A DNA stretch of 64,000 nt. It comes from a virus. Below are positions 45,306 through 55,729 of this stretch, in pieces (position 1 is the stretch's first letter; every line of letters starts with the position of its first letter). The DNA is taken from IMG/VR virus record IMGVR_UViG_3300047560_001569, positions 3,627 to 67,626 of that record; one strand, given 5' to 3'. Both the position numbers and the translations under genes were made by a program. The notes below the pieces were generated by a model. It was not told the origin of the DNA. It saw nothing but the letters and a program-made list of their open reading frames with translations, and made no database searches.

Positions 45306-46139
45306 TTAAGTACCCCATTCATTTTTGAACAACGGCACTTGCAGACGATCTGAATAGCGCCAACCATTATTCATAGCCAACTCTGCAACCTTACGATTGT
45401 TTAGGCTATACACTGATTCTACACCGCCCACGGGCATTAAATATACAGGACCATAAAATCCCGCATCATAATATTCTTTAACAGCTTTATGTGCTTCTTC
45501 AACATCATCCTCAGAAGCAACAACGAACTTTAGATACGTATAACCGATCTTAGAATAGTTAGCTACAACCTGAGGACAGATTGCTTCTTCCCATTTCTCG
45601 CCACTAACACTTAGTTTAGGGCTAACAGAGAATGTTAACTGATCATACTCAAACGAGTGCTTCAAGAAAGTAGCAAACTCTTTATCTAACTCTTGTGTAC
45701 CATTGGTCTCAAATGTCAACTCTTTAAGACCTAACATATCGGTGTTCTTCAATAACTCAGGATATGCTCGTTGCCATCCCAATAATGGCTCACCACCAGT
45801 AATTACCAAATGTTCGTCGACCCATTTCTTGTGAGGAAGGATGTCCATAATCGAACTGGCAATACTATTAGTGTCCAAAACAGGAGACAGATGCTTAAAA
45901 CGAGGATCCCAAGAAGCATATGAGTCACACCCAGTAGTAACCAAAGGGAGATCCCTATAGTTTTTAATGGATTCTCCGTCGATCGCAAAACGTTCATTGC
46001 TCATCTCTCCTTTGGGCAATCCGAAGCCCTCACATTTAAAATTACAACCAAACACACGCAAGAATACAGATGGCACACCCATATATCTCCCCTCACCTTG
46101 GATGCTATAAAATAGCTCCGCGACTTTTAATTTTGCCAT
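45306..46139 (-). CDS. queE: 7-carboxy-7-deazaguanine synthase (radical SAM)
   Basis: ELFYSIQGEG...G.PSVFLR..GCNFKC...GCDS, TGGEP, ETNG, VSPK. Confidence 0.93.
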   Translation of the reverse strand: MAKLKVAELFYSIQGEGRYMGVPSVFLRVFGCNFKCEGFGLPKGEMSNERFAIDGESIKNYRDLPLVTTGCDSYASWDPRFKHLSPVLDTNSIASSIMDILPHKKWVDEHLVITGGEPLLGWQRAYPELLKNTDMLGLKELTFETNGTQELDKEFATFLKHSFEYDQLTFSVSPKLSVSGEKWEEAICPQVVANYSKIGYTYLKFVVASEDDVEEAHKAVKEYYDAGFYGPVYLMPVGGVESVYSLNNRKVAELAMNNGWRYSDRLQVPLFKNEWGT

Positions 46140-46185
46140 AATAACTCCTTAATTATCGTTGCAGTATTATATTAGATATGAAGTA

Positions 46186-46845
46186 TTAAGACAACGAGAT
46201 AGTCTTAGCAGTTGGTGTTAAATCTATTGTTGGAGCTGTTAGTGCTTCACTCTCCTCAGGATTCAACAATGCAGTTTTCGATAACTTCTCCACTAATCTA
46301 TCTGAAAGACCAATTGGAAGTTCCGATTCCTTATACCTTACTTCTCCACGTTTGAACTGACGTTCCAATTGCTTTTGCTGATTCAACGCTCTTGATAGAT
46401 GTGGTCCCATGGCACGGCGTGTAAACACAACTCCATCCAAATGATCCAACTCATGCAAGAAACAACGAGCAGTCATTCCGACAAATGTTTCGTTCTGTAT
46501 TTCTCCAGTAACATCAGCAAAGCGAACCTTTATCACCTTTGGTCGACGTATCTTAATATGAAGATGTGGGTATGACAAACACCCCTCCTCCATCAGCACG
46601 CCTTCTGATGTTTGGTCAACAATACGTGGATTGAAACATACTAATGGTTTCTCAGACCATAACACAAATACTCGATATGGCAATCCACATTGGTTAGCTG
46701 ATAGACCAAGACCCTTATTATGATGCATCGTCTCGATCAAATTATTTGCAAGTTCAATTGGATTGATTGGTGGATTCTTGAAATCAAAAGTTGCCATCTT
46801 CTCGTATAGCAACTTTTCACTTAACGGCTTAATATCTAAAATCAT
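46186..46845 (-). CDS. def: Peptide deformylase
   Basis: GLGLSANQ, EGCLS, HELDHLDG. Confidence 0.95.
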   Translation of the reverse strand: MILDIKPLSEKLLYEKMATFDFKNPPINPIELANNLIETMHHNKGLGLSANQCGLPYRVFVLWSEKPLVCFNPRIVDQTSEGVLMEEGCLSYPHLHIKIRRPKVIKVRFADVTGEIQNETFVGMTARCFLHELDHLDGVVFTRRAMGPHLSRALNQQKQLERQFKRGEVRYKESELPIGLSDRLVEKLSKTALLNPEESEALTAPTIDLTPTAKTISLS

Positions 46846-46935
46846 GGTCTTTCCTTTGGAATATAACTACGTTAAGAGGGTCACCATACTCAGCAACTTT
46901 TTGTAACGTATACCTTTTATGAAACGAGTTAACTC

Positions 46936-48651
46936 TTATGCTGATATCCTACTAAAGTTTTTATGCTTCTCAAACTTAATCATATTTTCAAACTTATCCA
47001 TTAGCTGATCAGTCTTATGGCTAATAACAAATACATTCGAATCACCAACAATACTTTGGATAATCTTAATCAACTCATCACCACCTTGTACATCTAATGA
47101 ACTATCGAATACCTCATCCATTATCAATAGGTTGGTGCTTGCACTATTACGTAACTTAGCAACAGCGCGCCAAGCGAACAACAAAGCCAAATCAATACGG
47201 CTTTTCTCGCCTTCACTAAAGGAGTCGTATGTGAATTCATCTCTAAATCTCGATTTAATTGTTTCTTCAAAACCTTCATTCAACTCAAAATTAACAAAGA
47301 AATCCATTGCAGCCAAGTACTTGTTAATTAGTTTATTAATTACAGGAACATACTGTTTAATGATTTTTGTTTTGATTCCTGTATCTTTTAATAAGACAGC
47401 AGCAATATCATATACTTGCTTATCTTTAGCTAACTCTTCTTTCTGAGCAATCGCACTTCTCAATGCTTTTTTAAGAGAATCTATCTCTTCATTATTAGCA
47501 TCAATCTGAGTTGTGTTTTGTGTCAGGTCCGTGATCTCTTTCTCGATAGTCTTAATGAACCCATTCCAAGTTCTGCACTGTACGAGAAGGTCGGATACCT
47601 CCCTGTTCTTGTTGGAAATCGTAGATGCGACATTATTAATTTCGGCCAATCGACTGTTAATATTATCCAGTTCGACCACGATCTTTTCTCTGCCCGCTTC
47701 GATTTCGTCAATCTGGCTATTGCTTTTTGCAAGGATCTCACTCTTGTGCTCGTGTGCAATCCCCTGACGGCAAGTGGGACAGTCATTATGCAAAGTGAAG
47801 AATTGCGCTTCTTTACGGATCTTGTCCAATTTAAGATCCACTTGTCTTGCAATGTCCCTAATTTTCTCCAACCGAGACCGTACTTTGTCTTGGTCGTTAA
47901 TACTGTTATTGTGCGAGATGACTTCATCTTGTAATGTTTGGACTTGCTGATTAGCTCCATCAATCTGCTCCTTTAAACTCTCCACTTGTTGTTTCTTTTG
48001 ATTGACCAATTCGTCAGTGTTACGCTGCAACGATTCGATGTGCTTTTTATAAAGCTCAATCTTCTCACCATTAGATCGAATAGCATGATCTACATCGCCA
48101 GTCTTAATCCTATTGAGAGCAACCTTATCTTTCAAAAGACCGTTCATCGTAGAGAAGATACCAATATCTAACAAGTCTTCAATAATCTCTCTACGATGAG
48201 CGGTAGGTAGTTGCATGAAGGGGATAAAAGATGCACTACCTAAAATAACTATCTGTGCAAAAGACTTTTGATTTAGTTTTAAAATCTGAGTCTCAAGCAT
48301 TGTTTGATATTCTTTTGAATCGGCATTCTGATCAATCATTACACCATCACAGAAAATATCAAATACGTTTGGTTTGATCCCACGTATTATTTTATATTGT
48401 TTCTTACCAATACTAAACTCCAATTCTACAATCGCAGCTTTTGCATTTATTGAATTGATTAATTGGTTCTTATTGATCTTCCGAAACGGCTTACCATACA
48501 TTGCGAACGATAATGCGTCCAACATTGTAGATTTACCCGCTCCATTCTCACCGACGATAAGAGTAGTCTTGTGCTTATCGAACTGGATTTCTGTAAACGC
48601 ATTTCCCGTACTAAGAAAGTTGCGCCATCTTATACACTTAAAATAAATCAT
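46936..48651 (-). CDS. gp46: Recombination endonuclease ATPase subunit (gp46, Rad50/SbcC-like)
   Basis: GENGAGKS, CPTC hook, FSEGE, MDEVFD, ISH. Confidence 0.96.
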   Translation of the reverse strand: MIYFKCIRWRNFLSTGNAFTEIQFDKHKTTLIVGENGAGKSTMLDALSFAMYGKPFRKINKNQLINSINAKAAIVELEFSIGKKQYKIIRGIKPNVFDIFCDGVMIDQNADSKEYQTMLETQILKLNQKSFAQIVILGSASFIPFMQLPTAHRREIIEDLLDIGIFSTMNGLLKDKVALNRIKTGDVDHAIRSNGEKIELYKKHIESLQRNTDELVNQKKQQVESLKEQIDGANQQVQTLQDEVISHNNSINDQDKVRSRLEKIRDIARQVDLKLDKIRKEAQFFTLHNDCPTCRQGIAHEHKSEILAKSNSQIDEIEAGREKIVVELDNINSRLAEINNVASTISNKNREVSDLLVQCRTWNGFIKTIEKEITDLTQNTTQIDANNEEIDSLKKALRSAIAQKEELAKDKQVYDIAAVLLKDTGIKTKIIKQYVPVINKLINKYLAAMDFFVNFELNEGFEETIKSRFRDEFTYDSFSEGEKSRIDLALLFAWRAVAKLRNSASTNLLIMDEVFDSSLDVQGGDELIKIIQSIVGDSNVFVISHKTDQLMDKFENMIKFEKHKNFSRISA

Positions 48652-49706
48652 TCAGTACTCAAGGCTTCGTGGTAAAGGTCTCGCATCAAAGTATCCAACC
48701 GTTGACGGTCACCTTGGAATTGCGTTTGGTCAATATACTTATTAAGTATTGTCAGGGTATCCTCAGCTTCATTAACGATATCCTCATCAGCTTCCAAATC
48801 CAAATGAAAATGGTCCTCCACAACTTGGATGTCAACGACATTAAATTTTTCCAACTTATCAATTACCATATCAAACCAAGCTGGGTTGTTCTTGCTACGC
48901 ACAATCAGCTTAACAATACAATCTCTATACATCTCATAATCAATATCGACTGTTTGTTCCATGGTCTTTGATGTATCATCATACAGTATTTTATGGAACA
49001 TCGTGAAAGGATTACGTATAAACTCCATCGTATTAGTATCGGTATCGTATATGTGGAACCCTTTTATATCATTAAAATCGGACCACGTAATTTCATATGG
49101 CGTACCAAGATAGTGTATATTATTATTATACGATTTGTGGTGGAAATGTCCGGATAATACTAGCGGTAAACGACGGAACACACTAACATCTAATCCCTCA
49201 TCACACACAGCACCGCGGTACATCTCAAACCCAGTAATTTCGAAATGACCGACAACAACATCAGCATCGGTAGTTGCTATTGCATCCAAACATTGTTTTT
49301 CATTTTCCGGACAAATCCAAGGAACAAGTAAGAACTTTTTATCTTCGAAATCAATCTCTAAAGGTGAATTGACAACATTGATATTAGTATACCCATCCAA
49401 CAATAAGTCTAACGAATTGACATCGTTGGTGTTCTTGTAGTATGTGTCATGGTTACCAACCAATGCCCACGTTGTATATTCTTGATTGAGAGGCTCTAAC
49501 AAATACTCGCGCCCATGCTTAAGCGATTGGAAGTTGATATATTTCCGACGATCAAACATATCACCTAATTGAATAACATGAAGTATGTTATGTTCTCTTA
49601 GATAGGGAAAAAATACTTCATCATAAAATCGCTTAAAAAATGCATGGAAATGTAAGTTATCATTCCGTGCTCCAATATGCGTATCTCCAAGTAAACAAAC
49701 CTTCAT
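48648..49706 (-). CDS. gp47: Recombination endonuclease nuclease subunit (gp47, Mre11/SbcD-like)
   Basis: GDTHIG, GDMFD, GNHD, SGHFH. Confidence 0.95.
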   Translation of the reverse strand: MKVCLLGDTHIGARNDNLHFHAFFKRFYDEVFFPYLREHNILHVIQLGDMFDRRKYINFQSLKHGREYLLEPLNQEYTTWALVGNHDTYYKNTNDVNSLDLLLDGYTNINVVNSPLEIDFEDKKFLLVPWICPENEKQCLDAIATTDADVVVGHFEITGFEMYRGAVCDEGLDVSVFRRLPLVLSGHFHHKSYNNNIHYLGTPYEITWSDFNDIKGFHIYDTDTNTMEFIRNPFTMFHKILYDDTSKTMEQTVDIDYEMYRDCIVKLIVRSKNNPAWFDMVIDKLEKFNVVDIQVVEDHFHLDLEADEDIVNEAEDTLTILNKYIDQTQFQGDRQRLDTLMRDLYHEALSTE

Positions 49707-49714
49707 GTTACCCT

Positions 49715-50324
49715 TTACTTTTCTTCGTCAATATCAATACCTTCCACTTCAATATCTACATGACCATCAACCTCATCTTCCGATAAAATGTCTTCTTCGA
49801 TAAACTTCTCTACGCCTTTTTTAGCTCTCTTCTTTTTCTTAGATAGCAGATTATCTTCAAAACTCTTAATGAAGTCAAACATATTATCATTATCGAGGTC
49901 TATATGTGTAGGAGTAAACTCTTGCTCACTAAACTCACCTTGCTCATACAACTCATTAAGAAGCATTGAGTTTTCAAGTGTCTTATGTTTAATATAAGTT
50001 TGCTTTTTCTCTTTCAAGATTCTACGCAAGAAAGCGTAATATATGATTTGGGTAAAGTAAGCAAAGGGGTTGTTTGATTTAGAAGGATCGAAATTATCAA
50101 TATAACATATACAGTTTTCAATACCATCAGAAACCATATCATCTCTATATGAATAGTTAATGAAATTTGGTTTCGTTGATAGTCTGTTCGCTATCATTAG
50201 TATACACTCTCCAACATAATTAGGAATGCGAGGACGCTCTGTGTTGTGGAGCTTCTATTACTGATTCCCTATATGCGACTATACATTTGTATAGTTCTTT
50301 ATTATCTACATAATGCGTTGCCAT
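49715..50324 (-). CDS. gp55: Late transcription sigma factor gp55, split by a frameshift near 50250
   Basis: First frame MATHYVDNKELY...SVIEA stops at 50220-22; second frame continues RPRIPNYVGECILMIANRLS.KPNF...NPFAYFTQI. Confidence 0.9.
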
Positions 50325-50357
50325 TAAAATCCCTTATTTACTACCTACTAGCGTAAC

Positions 50358-50386
50358 ACTATACCCACATAATATAAAAGGGTCAA
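50358..50386 (-). promoter_or_regulatory. Sigma70-type promoter for gp55
   Basis: TTGACC-N17-TATAGT. Confidence 0.65.
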
Positions 50387-50388
50387 CA

Positions 50389-50802
50389 CTAATTAAGAGG
50401 TCCGTTAACTTCTATTCGCTCAAGAATATCAGAGTATGCATCATCATCTAATGGCTGCTTAGATTTCCTGCTACTAATACTATGCAACTCATCGTCAATA
50501 TGTTGATCGATAGTCGTCCTATAATTATCTAATGCATAGAGATAGTATTCAACCACAGACGCACGTGGTTCAACAATGTGAGTGATATCTCCGATGTCAA
50601 AAGTAAATGTGGTTTGACTAGCAAACGGCATGTATCTACTGATACTCATCGTCGGCATTGGTTGAAAGGAAACAAACTTGTAGTTAATCTGCAACGGATC
50701 GACTATACGAACGAGTCCTTTACGTTTTAATTCTTCTGTCTGTGCATCCACATCTCCCAACAACTCAGTACCATTGCTAAGTTTTACTAACGATAACGCC
50801 AT
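50389..50802 (-). CDS. Conserved T4-like protein between uvsW and gp55 (Sm-like fold possible)
   Basis: VKLSNGTELLG start; conserved gene position. Confidence 0.6.
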   Translation of the reverse strand: MALSLVKLSNGTELLGDVDAQTEELKRKGLVRIVDPLQINYKFVSFQPMPTMSISRYMPFASQTTFTFDIGDITHIVEPRASVVEYYLYALDNYRTTIDQHIDDELHSISSRKSKQPLDDDAYSDILERIEVNGPLN

Positions 50803-50803
50803 A

Positions 50804-52261
50804 TCATCCTTTCAGGTTTACAGTGTGTATTTTATACTCAAACTTTTCTTCACCGTAAATTTTAACACGCTCAGCCATATGCTGTATCGTATAATTCCTC
50901 CACGATTTCCACGTTAGATCATCTGCAATATCATACAATGTTGCTCTTATTTTAGTCTCACTCTTTCTCAATCCACGTCCTATGGACTGTAGATTACGAA
51001 TACGCGATTTACTGGGTGAAGCAAATATAATATTATGTAGGTTCTTAATGTTGACGCCAGTGGAAAATGTTCCATAAGATGCAACAATAATAATATTATC
51101 GTTAATTTCAGCTAGACGTCTAACCTCTTCTCGTTCTGTGCTCTCAACCTTACCACTAACAAAAGATATACTCTTACCTGTATCCTTTAGTAGATCATAT
51201 AAAACATCTCCATGTTTTTCTACAAATTGAAATAATACAAGAGTATTACCTTCGAGACTAGCAGCTAGTTTCGTAATGAATTTATTTCTACCTGGATGTC
51301 TAACAATCCAATCAATCTCATCTTTATAAGGAGACTTCTTCATTAGCTCCCTTTCTTGATCACTATACTTAAGGACAATACAGTTGATAAGGAAGTTAGC
51401 GAGATGTTTTTGTTCGATCAACTCTGCTGTGGTTGTGACCTTCTTCACAGGACCGAATACACCCTCCAATACCAATCTATGTGCATGAGTACCATCCAAT
51501 GTCCCAGTGAACCCATATCGGTAATCGCAATTTACCATCTTCGACATAATAGACGTTAGACTCTTTGCTTTAAATAAGTGAGCCTCATCTCCAACAACAA
51601 CATCAAATTGCTCAAACCATTTACGAGGCAGACGATATATGGATTGCCATGTAGACACAACTATACGTTTATTAACATGATTTGAGTGGCCTTCCATAAT
51701 CTTCTGGCATAATGCATGATTGACACTAATGTTTGTATATGATTGGAAGTCAGATATCATCTGATGGACAAGGGATGTAGTTGGCACTACAATCAATGCT
51801 CTTCCCTTTGTCTGAGCTAATGTATACATTAGCAACAAGAATATAATGAATGATTTACCAGAAGCTGTCGGGGAAAGTAGTAATGTTCTTTTATTTTGTA
51901 CCGCATGTACGAACGCTTCTAGTTGGTAATCTCGAGGCTCCAATGTCAGATCTAGTTTATCACAAAATGCTTTTGCTTGTTCTAATGTGAATTGATTGCT
52001 AGAAAAATCTGTAAGATAATCTACAGTATAGTTGCGCTCTTCGGCAAACTGCTCAATGTAATGATTGAGTCCGCCATAGGTCAATTGTGTTCCCAGATGG
52101 AATAAGTGCATCTTACCATCCCACTTACGTTGTTTGACTAGTGGGCTGAACCGTGCACCTGGTACCTGAAAAGTAAAATATTCATATAACTCGCGAGCAA
52201 TTGCTGGCTCACAATGTATTTTATTCGATACTGAATTAAACTTCTCAATCGATATATTCAT
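50804..52261 (-). CDS. uvsW: SF2 helicase UvsW
   Basis: PTASGKS, DEAH, TGT, QSIGRGLR. Confidence 0.96.
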   Translation of the reverse strand: MNISIEKFNSVSNKIHCEPAIARELYEYFTFQVPGARFSPLVKQRKWDGKMHLFHLGTQLTYGGLNHYIEQFAEERNYTVDYLTDFSSNQFTLEQAKAFCDKLDLTLEPRDYQLEAFVHAVQNKRTLLLSPTASGKSFIIFLLLMYTLAQTKGRALIVVPTTSLVHQMISDFQSYTNISVNHALCQKIMEGHSNHVNKRIVVSTWQSIYRLPRKWFEQFDVVVGDEAHLFKAKSLTSIMSKMVNCDYRYGFTGTLDGTHAHRLVLEGVFGPVKKVTTTAELIEQKHLANFLINCIVLKYSDQERELMKKSPYKDEIDWIVRHPGRNKFITKLAASLEGNTLVLFQFVEKHGDVLYDLLKDTGKSISFVSGKVESTEREEVRRLAEINDNIIIVASYGTFSTGVNIKNLHNIIFASPSKSRIRNLQSIGRGLRKSETKIRATLYDIADDLTWKSWRNYTIQHMAERVKIYGEEKFEYKIHTVNLKG

Positions 52262-52692
52262 ATGCCGTTCTGAAATTTGCTCCACTCAATTGCAGATTTA
52301 ATATTGAATCCCAATGTCCCTATGCTCTTAATAATAGATTCTAAGAACATTACCTTTTCATTCTGCATTTCATTACGAAGATTGGCAGCTCTCATTTCTG
52401 AATCAGCCTCCAAATACATTGCAATGTCTGTCCTGAGAATCTTTAGAGGATTTGGCTCCCATCCTCGCTCCTTCAACAACTCTTCGGATATTGATCCATT
52501 GTACCATTCATATTTGTCGCGGTACAACTCCTTAAAATCAGACTCCATCTTCTTCAGAAGAAGTCGCTCTTGCGAAAACAGCTTGAAGTATTTGGCATGC
52601 ATGCGAGCAATACGCAGCGATTCGTCCCCCAACTCGGAACGATCAATATGTGCATCCTTTTCCCACAACGCTTGTATTTCTTCTAGCTTCAT
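52258..52692 (-). CDS. uvsY: Recombination mediator UvsY
   Basis: W..D..ID, YL.AD, IK.AIEW.KF; upstream of uvsW. Confidence 0.88.
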   Translation of the reverse strand: MKLEEIQALWEKDAHIDRSELGDESLRIARMHAKYFKLFSQERLLLKKMESDFKELYRDKYEWYNGSISEELLKERGWEPNPLKILRTDIAMYLEADSEMRAANLRNEMQNEKVMFLESIIKSIGTLGFNIKSAIEWSKFQNGI

Positions 52693-52741
52693 AAAACAAC
52701 CATAATAAAGACATTCTAACTATACCACCAAAAGGGTACGA

Positions 52742-53236
52742 TTACAACGTATTGATGGTAAAATTACGATATCTAAATGTAGCAATAGATTCAATATAAT
52801 CAACATCACCGGCCGTAGACATCATTGTAAATCCACCAAGATCAATTGGGAACATATCTTTAAATACAACTTCGTGCTTTGGATTCATAGCGCTAGAAAG
52901 GACGGAAAGTGTTGCATCTGAATACACTTGTTCAGGATCATATTGATCAAAGTTATCTGGTCGACCAATAGCAATCATCCAATTGTATATTTCCAAATAG
53001 TTTGCTAATGCTTCATCTACCTTAAATGTGATTGTCAAATCCCCGTAAGTCAAATGATCACCTGCAATAGGAACGCGAAGTAGTGGAGTTGGCATTGCAG
53101 TCGAGCCAAGAGTTACGCTTGGTAGATTGACCGACTGAACAAAGTAATTAATGTGTGGTGTTTTCTTTACCGAAAACTTAAATCCCAATGGGGATAAAAA
53201 GTTCTTATTCGATACTTCAGTTGTATTGAAACTCAT
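52742..53236 (-). CDS. gp3: Tail tube terminator / completion protein (gp3)
   Basis: NFLSP.GF, Q.VNLP, F.VDE...NY.EI..W, FP..L; follows gp23. Confidence 0.85.
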   Translation of the reverse strand: MSFNTTEVSNKNFLSPLGFKFSVKKTPHINYFVQSVNLPSVTLGSTAMPTPLLRVPIAGDHLTYGDLTITFKVDEALANYLEIYNWMIAIGRPDNFDQYDPEQVYSDATLSVLSSAMNPKHEVVFKDMFPIDLGGFTMMSTAGDVDYIESIATFRYRNFTINTL

Positions 53237-53259
53237 AATGCCTCCTGATGTATTTAGGC

Positions 53260-53291
53260 AAAAAAAAGAAGGCCGCATAGCGGCCCTCTTC
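53260..53291 (-). terminator. Rho-independent terminator after the major capsid gene
   Basis: ggccgc-tat-gcggcc stem plus poly-U on the minus strand. Confidence 0.8.
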
Positions 53292-53321
53292 AAGTATCCC
53301 TCTTCGGGGATTTAATTCTAA

Positions 53322-54647
53322 TTAAAGAATGTTGTCAACCATAACGCGACGATAGTACACATTAGAGTCTTTAGTGAGTGCACCGAGACCTGCGGTAGTA
53401 CCTTCAGCGAACGGGTTAGCAACCATACCATAGCGGGTTTTGAAGCCAATCTTAGGTTGGAAAGTGCCTGTATCGACTGCACGAACCATTTGCAACGGAA
53501 CGTATGGGCAATAGAACACACCAGCATCGAATGCAGAAGCACCCTTATAACCGACGGTCATATAGTTACCAGTGGTATATGGATCGATATAAACCTTGAT
53601 ACGTCCATTCAACACACCAGCAAAAGTATTACCAGTATCATCAACTTGCAAGTTGTTGCTGTTCAACGCGGGAGCGTAGTCCAACACACCAGCCATCTGA
53701 AGAGCAGAAGCTACGTCAGAAGAACAGATGATGATGTTACCTTTGCCACGACGTGTATTCTTGGCAATTTGGTTAGCTTCACGCTCAACTTGGAACATCA
53801 AACCTTTGAACTTCTCAACAGACCAGCGACCGTTAGCATCAACGTCCAAGTCGAAACGACCAGCAGTTGTAGTACCAGCAGAAGCACCTTGTTGAGCAGT
53901 AACGTTGATCGTACGAACAACTTCACGGTTGATTTCAGCAAGAATTTCAGATGTCAAAATATTTGACAATTCTGTTTCAGCATCTAAACCATGGATTGCT
54001 TTCAAGTCTTGAGCAAGTTCCATTGTGTATTCTGCTTTCAAAGCACGTGACTTAGCAGTTACGGAAACTTTCTCAATTGTAAACGCCATTTCTGGGAAAG
54101 CAACAGAAGAGTTACCGATGCCTTCAGCGTTATTTGTGTTAGCACCACCAGCAAAGTTGTAAATGCCAGTTTCAGCCAAGTTGGCAGTACCAGTTGTAGT
54201 GTTACCAGGAACAGTACCGGTTTGACGGTTACCGATCGTAGCAGCATCAGTAACAGATGTACCAAACTGTGTATTAACTTCGTTGTAGAATGTCTCACTA
54301 ACTTTATTGTTAGAAGAGTTAGCATATTGAGCACGCATTGCAAAGATCAAGCCTGTTGGGCCAGTCATTGGTTGTACGCCGCAAATATCATATGCAACTA
54401 GGTTAGGCATTGCACGACGAACCAAGCTGATCAAGACTGGGTCAAAGTAGTTAGCAGAAGCTTGGTTAGCACCAGATTCTGTCAAAAACTGACCGCCAGC
54501 TTGTTGGCTAGCTTCGCGCAAAGCACGCTCTGTGTTCTCTAAGAGAACGGCTGTGACGCCACGCTTATGAGAATCGCCGATCTTTGGGAGATCTTCGTGC
54601 TCAATAACTGGCTGCCATTTTTTCTGAATGTCTTCGGATAAGTACAT
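53322..54647 (-). CDS. gp23: Major capsid protein
   Basis: GVQPMTGPTGLIFAMR, SRALKAEYT.ELAQDLKAIHGLDAE, FQPKIGFKTRYG. Confidence 0.98.
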   Translation of the reverse strand: MYLSEDIQKKWQPVIEHEDLPKIGDSHKRGVTAVLLENTERALREASQQAGGQFLTESGANQASANYFDPVLISLVRRAMPNLVAYDICGVQPMTGPTGLIFAMRAQYANSSNNKVSETFYNEVNTQFGTSVTDAATIGNRQTGTVPGNTTTGTANLAETGIYNFAGGANTNNAEGIGNSSVAFPEMAFTIEKVSVTAKSRALKAEYTMELAQDLKAIHGLDAETELSNILTSEILAEINREVVRTINVTAQQGASAGTTTAGRFDLDVDANGRWSVEKFKGLMFQVEREANQIAKNTRRGKGNIIICSSDVASALQMAGVLDYAPALNSNNLQVDDTGNTFAGVLNGRIKVYIDPYTTGNYMTVGYKGASAFDAGVFYCPYVPLQMVRAVDTGTFQPKIGFKTRYGMVANPFAEGTTAGLGALTKDSNVYYRRVMVDNIL

Positions 54648-54688
54648 TTTTGGTTTCCCCTTCCTTATTAAAAAATTTGGGCTCGAAC

Positions 54689-54696
54689 TATTTATA
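54689..54696 (-). promoter_or_regulatory. T4-type late promoter
   Basis: TATAAATA upstream of gp23. Confidence 0.8.
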
Positions 54697-54700
54697 AAAA

Positions 54701-55690
54701 TTATTTCTTGATTGATCGTGCGATGGCGCTAACATAAGATGATACTGGACCTTCCAACTTAGGTTGGTGCGTAACTTCTTCGTCAAGCTCGACAATTTCT
54801 TGCTCTTCGATTGATTTAGCAACAACGGTCTTCTTCTCACCGAAGTACTGCTCTTTTACGAGCTCGAGCTTCTTGCGATAGTTTTCATCTGTATCAAAAT
54901 CAATACCTTCAGACAATGTGCGAAGCTTCTCGACTTGCGTCATAGCAAGGCCTTCTGCAACATCATCAAAAATCTGTGATTGCTTGCTGGACTCTACAAT
55001 CTTGCTCAACTCAATGTTTTCTGCAACTGTATCGTTCAACTTAGATTCTAGTTCTTCAACTTTAGCAGCCATTTCAGCTACCAAGTCGACTTTTTCTTTT
55101 GGAACTTGAATGTATGAATCTTCAAACAGACCTTTGAGTTTCTCGATGAACTCTTCAGCAATCATTGTGTTCAATGAGCTGTCGATAGCAACTTGATTTG
55201 TATCCATCCATTGCTCAACAACATAGTCGAGGTAGTCGCTAACTTGATTAGACAACTCTTCAACCAAATCAGTACGGGCTTTGGCAAAAGAAGCATTTAA
55301 CTCTTCCTCTAAAGCTGCACGCTCTTCAGCAATACGACTAGCAATAGCCGCTTCGAAGATTACTGATGCTTTTTCTTTGAATTCTTCAGACAAATCCTCG
55401 CCGAATAGACCATCGATCTCTTCTTTCATTGAGCCAGCTGCGCTTGGCTTAGTTTTAATAGAAGCAGTGGTATCAGCATTACCCTTAGTGTTATTAGTAT
55501 TGTTAGTAGCATCAGTACCTTGTACTTCACCAGCTAACTTAGCAGAGGCAGTATCACCTTCTTTTTTGTCTGTGTTGTTACGATTAGCATAAGCATCGCC
55601 AGTTGCATGTGGATCGGCAGACTTTGTCACACCGGTTGCTCCACCGCCTACTGGGTCAGATGCCTTCTCAATTAATTCTGTTTTGGCCAT
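54701..55690 (-). CDS. gp22: Prohead core scaffold protein
   Basis: LSEEFK.KA..IFEAA, YLDYVVEQW; acidic coiled coil between gp21 and gp23. Confidence 0.92.
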   Translation of the reverse strand: MAKTELIEKASDPVGGGATGVTKSADPHATGDAYANRNNTDKKEGDTASAKLAGEVQGTDATNNTNNTKGNADTTASIKTKPSAAGSMKEEIDGLFGEDLSEEFKEKASVIFEAAIASRIAEERAALEEELNASFAKARTDLVEELSNQVSDYLDYVVEQWMDTNQVAIDSSLNTMIAEEFIEKLKGLFEDSYIQVPKEKVDLVAEMAAKVEELESKLNDTVAENIELSKIVESSKQSQIFDDVAEGLAMTQVEKLRTLSEGIDFDTDENYRKKLELVKEQYFGEKKTVVAKSIEEQEIVELDEEVTHQPKLEGPVSSYVSAIARSIKK

Positions 55691-55714
55691 TTGAATCTCC
55701 TGTTATGGTAGTTT

Positions 55715-55722
55715 TATTTATA
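55715..55722 (-). promoter_or_regulatory. T4-type late promoter
   Basis: TATAAATA upstream of gp22. Confidence 0.8.
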
Positions 55723-55729
55723 AGACTAA

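Noticed and set aside
53457-53966. 169-aa plus-strand ORF inside gp23
   Set aside because: Antisense open frame caused by codon bias in a highly expressed gene.
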